From an uncultured Pelagibacteraceae bacterium (GTDB lineage: Bacteria; Pseudomonadota; Alphaproteobacteria; Pelagibacterales; Pelagibacteraceae): DNA of 64,000 nt. Positions 10,433-21,919 of the stretch are shown one piece after another. Numbering within the stretch: the first letter of the stretch is position 1; the number at the start of each line of letters is the position of its first letter. The notes below the pieces were generated by a model that was not told the DNA's origin, made no database searches, and saw nothing but the letters and a program-made list of their open reading frames with translations. The position numbers were made by a program, and so were the translations under genes. The DNA is taken from positions 800 to 64,799 of the forward strand of contig CACFUE010000001.1 in NCBI GenBank assembly GCA_902569465.1, read 5' to 3'.

Positions 10433-11431
10433 ATGTCAGAGATTAGTAATCTTGATCAAAACTTATCTATAAAAAAAATTGATAAGGATACAATTAACGT
10501 ACAAATTTCAAATAATGAAATGCTAATGTCTATAGTTGGTCAATTTGACCAAAATCTAAAAGATTTAGCTAAACTTACTTCTACAAATATTTTTTTTAGA
10601 GGGAACTCAATTACTTGTAAGGGTAAAAGACAGAATACAGAAGCATTTAGTGAGGCTATAAAATTTTTAATTAATAAATATTTTTTAACAAAAATTATAG
10701 AAAAAGAAGATATACTTTTAGCTGTGAAAAAAAATATTGAACAAAAAGAGTCAAATGTAAAATCTTTTCAACAATTAATTAAAACTCCTAGAAAATCAGT
10801 TATAGCTAGATCTGAAAAACAATCAGATTATATTAAGGCTCTTAAAGAGAATGATATTGTGATGTCTTTAGGGCCAGCAGGGACTGGAAAGAGTTTTTTA
10901 GCAGTATCTGTTGGCGTCACTATGTTAATGGAAAAAAAAATCGAAAGAGTTATTTTATCTAGGCCAGCAGTCGAGGCAGGTGAAAAATTAGGATTTTTAC
11001 CAGGTGACATGAAAGAAAAAGTGGATCCTTATTTAAGACCTTTGTATGATGCTCTATATGAGCTCTTTGGTGCAGATAAAATCGATAAAAAGATAGAGTC
11101 AGGTGAAATAGAAATCGCACCTTTAGCTTTTATGAGGGGAAGAACTCTAAAAAATTGTTTTGCAATTCTTGATGAAGCACAAAATGCTACTGAGACTCAA
11201 ATTAAAATGTTTTTAACAAGAATTGGAGAAAATTCAAAATTAGTAGTTAATGGAGATCCTTCACAGATAGACTTAATAAATAAATCACAATCAGGTCTTA
11301 TTAGATCTAAAAATATTTTAAAACATTTAAAAGAAATAAAAGTTATAGAATTTGATCATAATGATGTTGTAAGACATCCGCTTGTTTCAAAAATTATTAG
11401 AGCTTATCAAAATAAAAGCGCTGATGATTAA
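10433..11431 (+). CDS. phoH: PhoH-family ATPase (YbeZ)
   Basis: GPAGTGKS, RPAVEAGEKLGFLPG, RGRTL, DEAQN. Confidence 0.95.
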   Translation: MSEISNLDQNLSIKKIDKDTINVQISNNEMLMSIVGQFDQNLKDLAKLTSTNIFFRGNSITCKGKRQNTEAFSEAIKFLINKYFLTKIIEKEDILLAVKKNIEQKESNVKSFQQLIKTPRKSVIARSEKQSDYIKALKENDIVMSLGPAGTGKSFLAVSVGVTMLMEKKIERVILSRPAVEAGEKLGFLPGDMKEKVDPYLRPLYDALYELFGADKIDKKIESGEIEIAPLAFMRGRTLKNCFAILDEAQNATETQIKMFLTRIGENSKLVVNGDPSQIDLINKSQSGLIRSKNILKHLKEIKVIEFDHNDVVRHPLVSKIIRAYQNKSADD

Positions 11432-11885
11432 TATAAATATTATTTCCACAAATAAAAATATAAATCGTTTTTATAAAGACCATAATAGTTTTATTCAAAA
11501 AAAAATAAATAAATTAAACAAAAGATTTACAAAATATAAAAAAAAAATCGTTTTTTTTTCTTTATTAATATCCGGAGATAGTGAAATTAAAAAATTAAAT
11601 AAAAAGTTCAGAAAAAAAGATAAATCAACTGATGTTTTATCTTTTCCCTTTTATAAAAAAAATGAATTAAAAAAAAAATTAAAAAAAGAAAAGGAAATTT
11701 ATTTAGGGGACGTTATAATTAATATAAATAAAATAAAAAAAAGTAATAAGCCTCATTTTAGAAAAGAATTTAATAAGCTTTTAATACACGGCTTAACTCA
11801 TCTTTTTGGGTATGAGCATAAGAAAGATAAAGATTATTATATAATGAAAAAAGTTGAAAAAAAATTTCTTTCATATCTAAAATAA
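11424..11885 (+). CDS. ybeY: rRNA maturation endoribonuclease YbeY
   Basis: TDVLSFP and HGLTHLFGYEH; in-frame ATG at 11424 overlaps the phoH stop. Confidence 0.93.
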   Translation: MININIISTNKNINRFYKDHNSFIQKKINKLNKRFTKYKKKIVFFSLLISGDSEIKKLNKKFRKKDKSTDVLSFPFYKKNELKKKLKKEKEIYLGDVIININKIKKSNKPHFRKEFNKLLIHGLTHLFGYEHKKDKDYYIMKKVEKKFLSYLK

Positions 11886-13448
11886 ATGATTGAAAATTAT
11901 TTAAATAATAGATTAGTAACTTTGTATTTTATACCATTTACAATTGGTTCACTATCAGTTTTTTCTTTCCAACCATTTAATCTTACTTTTATCAATTTCA
12001 TTATATTACCTTTATTTTTCTATCTAATTGTTTTTATAAAAAAAAGATCAAAAAGTAGATATAGAAAAAAACCTTTTAAAAAAAATTTATTTATATTTGG
12101 TACTTCTTTTGGATTTGGTTTTTACTTATGTGGTATTCATTGGATAAATAATTCTCTAACTTTTGACGAAAGTTTTAAAATTTTAATCCCTTTTGGTTTA
12201 ATTCTAATACCCATTTTTTTAAGTTTATTCTTTTCACTTTTAACTTTAGTTATAGGACCGTTCCTTGATCTAAATTTTAAATCAATATTCCTTTTGTCAA
12301 GCAGTATGGCTTTTTCTGATTATATTAGATCTAAAATTTTTACAGGTTTCCCCTGGAATTTATGGGCTTATAGTTTTTCTGAGGCAAATGAGATAATACA
12401 AATATTGAATATTATTGGTTTATTCGCATTTAACTTAATTTCTATAACTATTTTTTTACTACCTACCGTTCTCTTTTTTAAAGTGAATTTAAAAAACAAA
12501 ATTTTTACCCTATCTATTATCGCTGTCCTTCTTACATCTTTTTTTATCTATGGAAACCATTCAATTAATCGAAATGAAAATTTATTAAGTGTCAATGAGG
12601 AGAAATTTAATATTAAAGTTATCTCTCCAAATTTTGATCTTAACTATGGGCTTTCAGAAAGAGAAATCAAAACAAGATTAGAAAAACTGATACGATACAG
12701 TGAACCAAATAAAGATTTAAAAACACTTTTCGTTTGGCCTGAAGGAGTCTTTAGTGGCTATAGTTTTAAAGAAATATTATTTTTGAAAAATTTTTTTTTA
12801 GATAGTTTTGACGATAATCATTTAATTTTATTTGGGATTAATAGGCATAATGATAAAATGAACGGGCTTTTCAATAGCTTAATTGTTATAAATAATCGGA
12901 TGGAAATTGTTGGAGAGTACAAAAAACAAAAACTGGTTCCTTTCGGTGAATTTCTACCATATGAAAAAATTTTAAATAAAATAGGTCTTAAAAAAATTAC
13001 AGAAGGCCATGGTTCGTTCTTAAAAGGTAAAAAGCAGCAAGAAAATATTTTAATTGATAATTTAAATATTCTTCCCCTAATTTGCTACGAAGTTATATTT
13101 ACAGAATTAACTCAAAACACGCATCCAGATACAAACTTAATCGTAAATATATCTGAAGACGGTTGGTTTGGAAATTCAATTGGACCACACCAACATTTTG
13201 CAAAGGCTATTTTTAGAGCCGTTGAACAAAATTTATTTCTTGTAAGATCAGTCAATAAAGGTACAACTGCAATCATAAGTAATAAAGGTCAGATATTAAA
13301 GACACTTAATTCTAACGAGTCAGGTAGTATTGAGCAAGATGTGCCTTTGATCCAAAGCAAAAAAAGAAATAAAAATGATTTGATATTTTATACACTTTTA
13401 ATTACATATATTTTTATTTTTAAGTTTTATAAAAAGAACAATGTCTAA
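11886..13448 (+). CDS. lnt: Apolipoprotein N-acyltransferase
   Basis: [22 protein letters not shown] (E-K-C triad). Confidence 0.95.
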   Translation: MIENYLNNRLVTLYFIPFTIGSLSVFSFQPFNLTFINFIILPLFFYLIVFIKKRSKSRYRKKPFKKNLFIFGTSFGFGFYLCGIHWINNSLTFDESFKILIPFGLILIPIFLSLFFSLLTLVIGPFLDLNFKSIFLLSSSMAFSDYIRSKIFTGFPWNLWAYSFSEANEIIQILNIIGLFAFNLISITIFLLPTVLFFKVNLKNKIFTLSIIAVLLTSFFIYGNHSINRNENLLSVNEEKFNIKVISPNFDLNYGLSEREIKTRLEKLIRYSEPNKDLKTLFVWPEGVFSGYSFKEILFLKNFFLDSFDDNHLILFGINRHNDKMNGLFNSLIVINNRMEIVGEYKKQKLVPFGEFLPYEKILNKIGLKKITEGHGSFLKGKKQQENILIDNLNILPLICYEVIFTELTQNTHPDTNLIVNISEDGWFGNSIGPHQHFAKAIFRAVEQNLFLVRSVNKGTTAIISNKGQILKTLNSNESGSIEQDVPLIQSKKRNKNDLIFYTLLITYIFIFKFYKKNNV

Positions 13449-14604
13449 TAAAAATTTTTTATTTACCAGCGAGTCAGTTTCAGAAGGTCATCCAGACAAA
13501 GTATGTGATAGAATTTCTGATATGGTAGTAGATTCGTATTTGTCAATGGATCCAGTTTCAAGAGTTGCTTGTGAGACACTTACTACAACTAATAAAGTAA
13601 TATTAGCTGGTGAAACAAGAGGTCCAAAAATTAATAAAGATGAATTAATTGAAAAAGTTCGAAATTGCATAAAAGATATCGGATACGATCAGAAAGGTTT
13701 CAGTTGGAAAACTGCAAATATAGAAACATTTTTGCATGAGCAATCTTCGGATATAGCTATGGGTGTTGACTCAAAAGAAAATAAAGACGAGGGTGCGGGA
13801 GACCAAGGAATAATGTTTGGATACGCTTGCACTGAAACAGAAGAGTTAATGCCAGCACCAATTTATTATTCACATAAAATTCTTAGATTAATGGCACACG
13901 ATAGAAAGAATGGAACTTTAAAAGGTATCGAGCCAGATTCAAAAAGCCAAGTCACAATGTTATATCAAAACAATAAGCCTATTAAAGTAACCTCAGTTGT
14001 AATATCCACTCAACATGCAAAAGATCTTAACCAAGAAAAAGTAAGAGATTTGATTATTCCATACATTAATAAATCTATTCCTAAGGAATTTATCGAGAGC
14101 TTAGATAGCAAAGAAATCTATATAAATCCTACTGGTCAATTTATAATTGGTGGACCCGACGGTGATACAGGCTTAACTGGGAGAAAAATAATAGTTGATA
14201 CTTATGGTGGTGCAGCACCACATGGCGGTGGTGCCTTTTCAGGAAAAGATCCAACAAAGGTAGATAGATCCGCAGCTTATGCCTCAAGATATCTTGCCAA
14301 AAACATAGTTTCTGCCGGTGTCTCTAAAAAATGTCTAATTCAACTAGCTTATGCTATAGGAGTTTCTAAACCTTTATCAATACTAATAAAATTAGATGAT
14401 GGTGATGAAAATAAAGTAGATGAAGTTAAAAAAATAATTAATCAAAATTTTGATCTATCGCCCAGAGGAATACGAGAAATGCTTAATCTTAATAAACCAA
14501 TTTATGAAGTGACATCTGCTTATGGTCACTTTGGCAGAAAACCAACAAATAAAGGTGAATTTTCATGGGAAAAAACAGATAAGGCTGATTTATTTAATCT
14601 GTGA
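13441..14604 (+). CDS. metK: S-adenosylmethionine synthetase
   Basis: [28 protein letters not shown]. Confidence 0.99.
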   Translation: MSNKNFLFTSESVSEGHPDKVCDRISDMVVDSYLSMDPVSRVACETLTTTNKVILAGETRGPKINKDELIEKVRNCIKDIGYDQKGFSWKTANIETFLHEQSSDIAMGVDSKENKDEGAGDQGIMFGYACTETEELMPAPIYYSHKILRLMAHDRKNGTLKGIEPDSKSQVTMLYQNNKPIKVTSVVISTQHAKDLNQEKVRDLIIPYINKSIPKEFIESLDSKEIYINPTGQFIIGGPDGDTGLTGRKIIVDTYGGAAPHGGGAFSGKDPTKVDRSAAYASRYLAKNIVSAGVSKKCLIQLAYAIGVSKPLSILIKLDDGDENKVDEVKKIINQNFDLSPRGIREMLNLNKPIYEVTSAYGHFGRKPTNKGEFSWEKTDKADLFNL

Positions 14605-14656
14605 TCTTGAAAAAACCATAATTTTCTTTTAAAAATATTAAAATTATTGAAAATTC

Positions 14657-14683
14657 AAAATGGGCTTAAGCCCATTTTTTTTT
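14657..14683 (+). terminator. rimP-leader-like intrinsic terminator/attenuator in front of nusA
   Basis: AAAATGGGC-TTAA-GCCCATTTT followed by a T run, then AGGAG and the nusA ATG. Confidence 0.8.
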
Positions 14684-14696
14684 AGGAGCACTATAA

Positions 14697-16244
14697 ATGT
14701 TAAATCGTGGATTAGATAAACTCGAACTTTTAAGAATAGTCGAAGCTGTGGCTAACGAGAAATCTATAGATAAAGAACTAGTTATTGGTTCAATGGAGAG
14801 CGCTATTCAAAAAGCCGCGTTAACTAAATTCGGAAACGATAATGAAATAGAGGTAATTATTGATAGAGAAAGTGGAGAGATAAAAATTCAAAAGATACTT
14901 TTAATCGTAGAGCAGGTTGAGGATCCTGCTAGAGAAATTTCAATAGAAGAAGCTAAAAAAATTAATAAAAAAGACCAGCTTAAAATTGGGGAGAAGATTT
15001 ATGAGGAATTACCTCAAATAGATTTCGGACGTATTGCGGCCCAAAGCGCTAAACAAGTTATCAGTAGCAGAGTTAGAGAAGCAGAGAAGAACAGACAATA
15101 CGAGGACTTTATAGACAAACAAGGCCAGATATTGAGTGGAATAATTAAAAGACTTGAATATGGTAATGTGATTGTAGACTTAGGTAAAGCAGAGGGAGTA
15201 ATTAAAAAAGATGAACTTATCCCTAGAGAAATTCTTAAGACAGGAGATAGAGTAAAAGCGTATTGTTATGAAGTAAAAAAAGAAATCAAAGGGCATCAAA
15301 TTTTCTTATCCAGAGCTCATCCTCAATTTTTAGCAAGATTATTTTTTCAAGAAGTGCCAGAAATTTATGAGGGAACTATAGAAATAAAATCAGTAGCTAG
15401 AGATCCTGGCAGTAGAGCAAAAATTTGTGTTCACTCACAAGACTCATCAATTGATCCAGTTGGTGCATGTGTAGGGATGAGGGGTAGTAGAGTTCAAACA
15501 ATAGTAAACGAGCTACACGGTGAAAAAATTGATATAATAAAGTGGACAGAAGATCTTCCTACTTTAATTTCAGAGTCACTCTCTCCTGCTGAGATTCAAA
15601 GAGTTTTAATCGATCAAGATAATAAAAGAATAGATATAATTTTAACAGAAGAAAACTTAAGTAAGGCTATAGGTAGAAGAGGTCAAAATGTAAGATTAGC
15701 ATCAAAACTTACAAATTATGAAATTGATATTTTAACCGATAAGGAGGACTCAGAGAGGAGACAAGCTGAATTCAAAGATAGGACAGAAACTTTAATTAAA
15801 AATTTAGAAGTTGACGAAACTTTAGGTCAACTTTTGGTTTCAGAAGGTTTTGTATCAATTGAAGAAATAGCGAATTCAAAGCCTGAGGACATTTCGAAAA
15901 TAGACGCAATTGATGCTGAAACAGCAGAGGAATTAATAAACAGATCTAAAGAAAATCTTATTAAAGAAAGAGAAGCTGTAGCTCAAAAATTAAAGGAATT
16001 AGGCGTTGAAGAAAAATTAATTGATTTAAAAGGAATGACTCAGGGAATGCTTGTAATCCTTGGACAAAAAAATATTAAAAAACTCTCTGATTTTGCAGAT
16101 CTGTCCTCAGATGAACTCATCGGAGGATTTGACGAGATAAAAGGTAAAAAGATAAGAATTGAGGGTTATTTAGAGGAATTTTCTCTTTCCAGAAAAGAAG
16201 CCGATGAATTAATAATGGCAGCGAGAGAAATAGTTTACAAATAA
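14697..16244 (+). CDS. nusA: Transcription factor NusA
   Basis: FGRIAAQSAKQ, ARDPGSRAK, CVGMRGSR, AIGRRGQNVRLAS. Confidence 0.98.
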   Translation: MLNRGLDKLELLRIVEAVANEKSIDKELVIGSMESAIQKAALTKFGNDNEIEVIIDRESGEIKIQKILLIVEQVEDPAREISIEEAKKINKKDQLKIGEKIYEELPQIDFGRIAAQSAKQVISSRVREAEKNRQYEDFIDKQGQILSGIIKRLEYGNVIVDLGKAEGVIKKDELIPREILKTGDRVKAYCYEVKKEIKGHQIFLSRAHPQFLARLFFQEVPEIYEGTIEIKSVARDPGSRAKICVHSQDSSIDPVGACVGMRGSRVQTIVNELHGEKIDIIKWTEDLPTLISESLSPAEIQRVLIDQDNKRIDIILTEENLSKAIGRRGQNVRLASKLTNYEIDILTDKEDSERRQAEFKDRTETLIKNLEVDETLGQLLVSEGFVSIEEIANSKPEDISKIDAIDAETAEELINRSKENLIKEREAVAQKLKELGVEEKLIDLKGMTQGMLVILGQKNIKKLSDFADLSSDELIGGFDEIKGKKIRIEGYLEEFSLSRKEADELIMAAREIVYK

Positions 16245-16248
16245 TGTT

Positions 16249-18435
16249 ATGGATAAAGATAAAAAAAAAACACTCACTATCTCTTCAACGCTAAAAAAGA
16301 AAATTGATACTTCTTCAATAACATCATCTGGCAAAAAATCTTTTTCAGTAGAAAAAAAAAAATCATTTAAGCATAACAAAAACTTAAATAGACAAAATTT
16401 TTCAGTTAATCCTTTAAATAAAGAGGCTAATATAAAAAAAAAAAGTTTTACTAGAAAATTTATAGAACAACAGGCCACGAAAGATTTTATAAAAAAAGAA
16501 AATAAACCAGCCGGAAAGAGTAAATTAAAATTAAAAACACCATTAGATAAAAGAGATTTCAAACTTACAGTTTCCAGAGCACTAAATGTTGAGGAAATTG
16601 AAATCAAACAGAGAAGCTTAGCCTCAGTTAAACGAGCAAGATTAAAAGAGAAAAAAAATAAACCTGAGAGTGATGAAAAAAAAGAATTTAAAAAAGTTAT
16701 TAGAGAGGTAAAAATACCTCAACAAATTACAATACAAGAGTTATCAAATCGAATGGCCGAGAAATCAAGTGAAATAATTAAATTTTTATTTAATATGAAG
16801 GTTGTTGCAACAATTAATCATAATATAGATAAAGATACTGCAGAGTATATTGTAAAAGAGTTTGGGCATAAGCCTATTTTAGAGGAAAAAAATTCAATCG
16901 AAACAAACAAAATAAAAGAAAATATAAGTGGAGACATTAAAACAAGGCCGCCGGTAGTTACAATTATGGGCCACGTAGATCATGGAAAAACTTCTTTATT
17001 GGATGCACTACGTGATTCAAATATTGTTTCTGGAGAATACGGAGGAATTACTCAACATATTGGAGCTTATCAAATTAAAGCTGGAGAAGAAAAGCTTATA
17101 ACTTTTATAGATACACCTGGTCATGCTGCTTTTACTGAAATGAGAGCAAGAGGATCGAAAATTACCGATATCGTTGTTCTTGTGGTTGCTTCTGATGATG
17201 GCATTAAACCTCAAACAGTTGAGGCTATTAAACATGCAAAAGCTGCTAATGTTCCAATAATTGTTGCAATTAACAAGTGTGATCTTCCAGAAAAGAATAT
17301 AAATAAAATCAAAAATGAAATGATGCAGTATGAACTAATAGCAGAGGATCTTAGCGGTGACACTTTGTTTGTAGAAGTTTCAGCTCTTAAAAAAATCAAT
17401 TTGGACAAACTGAAAGAAAGTATTTTACTTCAGTCAGAGATTCTTGATTTAAAAGCTTCTTATACTGATAAAGCTAGAGGTGTTGTGATTGAGTCAAAAA
17501 TTGACAAAGGAAAAGGTCCTGTCTCTACTATTTTGATCAGTAATGGAAAACTAAAAAGAGGCGACTTTTTTATTTGTGGTGACACTTGGGGAAAAATACG
17601 GGCTATGATTAATCATGAGGGAAAAATTGTAGATCAAGCCTTTCCATCTATGCCAGTTGAAATATTAGGCATGAATAGTTCTGCTTATGCAGGAGCTGAA
17701 TTTATTGTTACATCTAATGAGGAAGAGGCAAAAAAAATGTCAGAATTTAAAAGGGATAGTAATATTAATAATAAATCTCTAGCAAAAGACAAAACAACAC
17801 TTTTTGATGACTCGAAAAATAAAGATGAGTTAAATATAATTATAAAATCTGACGTTCAAGGATCAAGCGAGGCTTTGAATATGGCCATTAATAAAATTAA
17901 ACATAACGAAGTCGAGGCAAAAATTATTTTATCTGATATTGGCATGATTAATGAAACTGACGTCTCACTTGCTAAGGCATCAAATGCAATTTTAATAGGG
18001 TTTAACGTAAAACCTAATCGAGAGGCAAAACACTTGGCGGAGGAGCAAAAAATTAATATCAAGTATTTTAATATAATATACGAGGCGTTAGATTATATAG
18101 AGAAGTCGTTATCTGGTTTATTAGAGCCAGATATAAAGGAAACTGTATTAGGAAGTGCAGAAATTCAAAAAATATTTAAAGTATCTAGCGCGGGAAAAAT
18201 AGCTGGATCTAAAGTAATTAGTGGAGAAATTAAAAGCAAATCAAAAGCAAGAATTATAAGAGATGGAGTTGTAGTTTATAGTGGGGAAATATTATCTTTA
18301 TTTAGAGAAAAGAACCAAGTAAAAGAAGTTGGAACTGGTTTGGAATGTGGAATTAGCGTAAAAGATTTTATTGATTTTAAAGAAAAAGATGTGATCGAAT
18401 CTTATCTTTCAGAGAAAATACAGAGGTCAATTTAA
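16249..18435 (+). CDS. infB: Translation initiation factor IF-2
   Basis: GHVDHGKT, DTPGH, NKCD. Confidence 0.98.
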   Translation: MDKDKKKTLTISSTLKKKIDTSSITSSGKKSFSVEKKKSFKHNKNLNRQNFSVNPLNKEANIKKKSFTRKFIEQQATKDFIKKENKPAGKSKLKLKTPLDKRDFKLTVSRALNVEEIEIKQRSLASVKRARLKEKKNKPESDEKKEFKKVIREVKIPQQITIQELSNRMAEKSSEIIKFLFNMKVVATINHNIDKDTAEYIVKEFGHKPILEEKNSIETNKIKENISGDIKTRPPVVTIMGHVDHGKTSLLDALRDSNIVSGEYGGITQHIGAYQIKAGEEKLITFIDTPGHAAFTEMRARGSKITDIVVLVVASDDGIKPQTVEAIKHAKAANVPIIVAINKCDLPEKNINKIKNEMMQYELIAEDLSGDTLFVEVSALKKINLDKLKESILLQSEILDLKASYTDKARGVVIESKIDKGKGPVSTILISNGKLKRGDFFICGDTWGKIRAMINHEGKIVDQAFPSMPVEILGMNSSAYAGAEFIVTSNEEEAKKMSEFKRDSNINNKSLAKDKTTLFDDSKNKDELNIIIKSDVQGSSEALNMAINKIKHNEVEAKIILSDIGMINETDVSLAKASNAILIGFNVKPNREAKHLAEEQKINIKYFNIIYEALDYIEKSLSGLLEPDIKETVLGSAEIQKIFKVSSAGKIAGSKVISGEIKSKSKARIIRDGVVVYSGEILSLFREKNQVKEVGTGLECGISVKDFIDFKEKDVIESYLSEKIQRSI

Positions 18436-18833
18436 TGAATAATCATTCATCATCAAGACCTTATAGCCAGAGACAGTTAAGAGTAGGAGAATTAGTGAAA
18501 CAAAATTTGGGTGAATTATTTATTAGAAATGAGGCTAAAATTCCTTCGATTAATTCAAAATTGATAACTGTCACTGAAGTAAGAATGACACCAGATTTAA
18601 AGACAGCTAGAATTTATGTAATTCCATTAGGCGGCAAAGATATAAAAGAGACTGTAAAAATCTTGACGGAGAACTCACATCTTGTTAGAAAAGCATTGTC
18701 TAAAAGGCTTGATATTAAGTTTCTTCCTAAACTCACTTTTGTTGAAGATAACTCATTTGAATATGCTGAAAAGATTGAGAGAATTATAAAAAAGAATAAA
18801 GATAATGATAAAGAAAAAAAAAGATATAATTAA
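18435..18833 (+). CDS. rbfA: Ribosome-binding factor A
   Basis: RQLRVGE, TEVRMTPDLKTA, PKLTFVED; follows infB. Confidence 0.95.
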   Translation: MNNHSSSRPYSQRQLRVGELVKQNLGELFIRNEAKIPSINSKLITVTEVRMTPDLKTARIYVIPLGGKDIKETVKILTENSHLVRKALSKRLDIKFLPKLTFVEDNSFEYAEKIERIIKKNKDNDKEKKRYN

Positions 18834-19065
18834 ATCCCTTGCCATACATGCGAAGGATGTTGGTTCAACCGAAATACAAATAGGATTGCTTACTGATAAA
18901 ATTACAAAATTATCAGATCATTTTAAAAAATTTAAAAAAGATAAACATTCTACTTTAGGATTAGCTAAATCTGTTAATAAAAGAAAAAAACTTTTAGCTT
19001 ATTTAAAGAAAAAGAATAATGAATCTTATCTAAAAGTTATAAAACAATTAAATTTAAGGAAATAA
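18805..19065 (+). CDS. rpsO: 30S ribosomal protein S15
   Basis: [22 protein letters not shown]; precedes pnp. Confidence 0.95.
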   Translation: MIKKKKDIIKSLAIHAKDVGSTEIQIGLLTDKITKLSDHFKKFKKDKHSTLGLAKSVNKRKKLLAYLKKKNNESYLKVIKQLNLRK

Positions 19066-21137
19066 TGTTTAAAATACACAAGGAAGAAATAGAAGTTAAT
19101 AGTAAAAAATTAACTTTAGAAACGGGCAAAATTGCAAGACAAGCTGATGGAGCAATTATAGCATCTTTAGGTGAAACAGTAGTCATAGCTACTGCCGTAG
19201 GTGCAAAAAAAGTTGCTGATGGTCAAGATTATTTTCCATTATCAGTAAATTACCAAGAAAAATACTATGCCGCTGGTAAAATACCAGGTGGATACTTTAA
19301 AAGAGAAGCTAGACCAACCGAGTCAGAAACTTTGATATCTAGATTGATTGACAGGCCTATCAGGCCACTGTTTCCTTCAGGTTTTATGAACGAAGTTCAA
19401 GTTTTACCTACAGTTTTATCTTACGATACAGAAAATCAACCAGATATTTTGGCAATCATAGCATCTTCTGCAGCTCTGGCTATTTCAGGATTACCATTTA
19501 TGGGGCCAATCGCTGCGAGCAGAGTTGGATACAAAGATGGAAAGTATTTATTAAATCCCACTGTTGATGAATTAAAAGAATCAGAATTAGACTTAGTTGT
19601 TGCTGGGACTAAAGATGCAGTTTTGATGGTTGAGTCAGAAACATCAGGATTAACCGAAAAAGTTATGCTAGATGCAGTAAAATTTGGACACGAAAAATTT
19701 GTACCAATAATTGAATCGATCGAAAAGCTAGCAAAAAAGGCTGGAAAGCCTAAATGGGAAGTGGAAGAAGTTGATCATTCTGAAATTAAAAAGAAAATTG
19801 TTGGAAAATTCGAAAGCAGCTTGAGAAGTGCATTTAAAGAAATAGACAAGAAAAAAAGATCTACAGCTATTTCTGAAATAGAGACTCAATGCAAAGAAAT
19901 GTTTGTTGAAGATGAAACTGTTACAGAAAATCAAGCGATGTCCCAATTAAAATCTTTGGAAAAAGACATTGTGAGAACTGCAATATTAAAAGAAAAGAAA
20001 AGAATTGATGGACGAGGGCTAGCAGACGTGAGACAGATAAAGTGTGAAGTTGGTGTCTTACCAAGAACTCATGGATCTGCTCTTTTTACAAGAGGAGAAA
20101 CGCAAGCTCTTGTAGTAACTACACTTGGAATGACAGAAGACGAGCAAAGATTAGAGAGTCTTGAAGGCATGCAAAGATCAAACTTTATGTTACATTATAA
20201 TTTTCCTCCATTTTCAGTTGGAGAATGCGGTAGAATAGGTACTGGAAGAAGGGAAATTGGACACGGAAAACTTGCTTGGAGAGCAATTAATTCGTCTTTA
20301 CCAACAAAAGAAAATTTTCCATACACATTAAGAGTAGTTTCAGAAATAACAGAGTCTAATGGATCTTCATCTATGGCTACAGTTTGTGGAACTTCTCTAT
20401 CTTTAATGGATGCAGGAGTTCCAATTAAAGAACCAGTTGCTGGAATTGCAATGGGATTAATTAAAGAAGGCGAAGATTTCTCCGTTCTTTCTGATATTTT
20501 GGGAGATGAAGACCATTTAGGAGATATGGATTTTAAAGTAGCTGGCACAAAAAATGGTATCACTTCACTTCAAATGGATATAAAAATCACCGGCATAACC
20601 TTTGAAATTATGGAAAAGGCCTTAAATCAAGCTAAGTCAGGAAGAGAAAAAATTTTAGATGAAATGAATAAAGCCATTAAAACTTCAAGAAAAGAGTTTT
20701 CAAAACATACACCTAAAATGGAAACAATAAAAGTTGATAAAAAAGATATAGCTACTGTCATTGGTAAAGGTGGAGCAACAATTAGAGAAATAGTTGAAAC
20801 CTCAGGGGCCAAAGTTGATGTTAAAGACACAGGTGAGGTAACAGTAGCTGCACCAGATGAAGCTTCAAGAAACAAAGCTATTGATTTCATTAAAAATTTA
20901 GTGGCTAAACCAGAAATGGGTAAAATTTACAAAGGTAAAGTCGTAAAAATTATGGAGTTTGGAGCTTTTGTAAACTTTTTAGGAAAACAAGATGGTCTTG
21001 TTCATATCTCTGAACTCGCTGATAAAAGAGTGGCAAAAGTTGGCGATATTGTTAAAGAGGGTGACGAAGTTTCAGTTAAAGTTGTTGGATTTGACAGAGG
21101 AAAAGTAAAATTATCAATGAAACAAGCTTCTGCTTAA
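19065..21137 (+). CDS. pnp: Polynucleotide phosphorylase
   Basis: [30 protein letters not shown]; KH and S1 domains. Confidence 0.99.
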   Translation: MFKIHKEEIEVNSKKLTLETGKIARQADGAIIASLGETVVIATAVGAKKVADGQDYFPLSVNYQEKYYAAGKIPGGYFKREARPTESETLISRLIDRPIRPLFPSGFMNEVQVLPTVLSYDTENQPDILAIIASSAALAISGLPFMGPIAASRVGYKDGKYLLNPTVDELKESELDLVVAGTKDAVLMVESETSGLTEKVMLDAVKFGHEKFVPIIESIEKLAKKAGKPKWEVEEVDHSEIKKKIVGKFESSLRSAFKEIDKKKRSTAISEIETQCKEMFVEDETVTENQAMSQLKSLEKDIVRTAILKEKKRIDGRGLADVRQIKCEVGVLPRTHGSALFTRGETQALVVTTLGMTEDEQRLESLEGMQRSNFMLHYNFPPFSVGECGRIGTGRREIGHGKLAWRAINSSLPTKENFPYTLRVVSEITESNGSSSMATVCGTSLSLMDAGVPIKEPVAGIAMGLIKEGEDFSVLSDILGDEDHLGDMDFKVAGTKNGITSLQMDIKITGITFEIMEKALNQAKSGREKILDEMNKAIKTSRKEFSKHTPKMETIKVDKKDIATVIGKGGATIREIVETSGAKVDVKDTGEVTVAAPDEASRNKAIDFIKNLVAKPEMGKIYKGKVVKIMEFGAFVNFLGKQDGLVHISELADKRVAKVGDIVKEGDEVSVKVVGFDRGKVKLSMKQASA

Positions 21138-21919
21138 CTTATATTTTTAGGATCGGGCATGCCTACTTTATTGTACCCTGCGTCTACATAATGAATTTCA
21201 CCAGTAACTCCTGCAGCTAAATTACTTAGTAAATATAATGCAGAATTACCTACGTCGTGAATGTCTACATTTCTTTGTAAAAAAGAATGATCCTCATTCC
21301 ATTTATATAAAAATTTTGCGTCTCCGATCGCAGAAGCAGCTAAAGTTTTAATTGGACCCGCGCTTATCGCGTTTACTCTTATATTTTTTTTTCCAAGATC
21401 CCTGGCTAAATACTTTACACTTGCCTCTAATGCAGATTTACAAACTCCCATTACATTATAATTTGGTATTGCTTTAGTAGATTCGTAAGTAAGAGTTAGC
21501 AAGCTTCCTCCTTCTTTCATTATCTTTGCAGCCTCCTTAGATACCTCAGTGAATGAAAAGCAAGAGATAAGCATACTTCTAAGAAAATTTTCTCTTGTCG
21601 TATTTAAATATTCTCCTGATAACTCAGATTTATCCGAAAAAGCCACAGCATGGACCACAAAGTCTATTTTACCCCACTTTGATTTTACCGCTTCAAAAAG
21701 TTTAACAACTTCTTCTTTTTTTTCTACGTCACAACTAAGTGTTACGTTTGAATTTAATTTTCCTGCCAAAGGCACAACCCTTTTTTTTAAGGCGTCACCT
21801 AGGTAAGTAAAAGCTAATTCTGCCCCTGCTTCTGCAAGCTTTTGAGATATACCCCAAGCTATTGACCGTTCGTTTGCAACACCCATTATCAGGCCCTTTT
21901 TTCCTTTCATCAAACTCAT
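21134..21919 (-). CDS. fabI: Enoyl-ACP reductase
   Basis: [25 protein letters not shown]. Confidence 0.97.
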   Translation of the reverse strand: MSLMKGKKGLIMGVANERSIAWGISQKLAEAGAELAFTYLGDALKKRVVPLAGKLNSNVTLSCDVEKKEEVVKLFEAVKSKWGKIDFVVHAVAFSDKSELSGEYLNTTRENFLRSMLISCFSFTEVSKEAAKIMKEGGSLLTLTYESTKAIPNYNVMGVCKSALEASVKYLARDLGKKNIRVNAISAGPIKTLAASAIGDAKFLYKWNEDHSFLQRNVDIHDVGNSALYLLSNLAAGVTGEIHYVDAGYNKVGMPDPKNIS

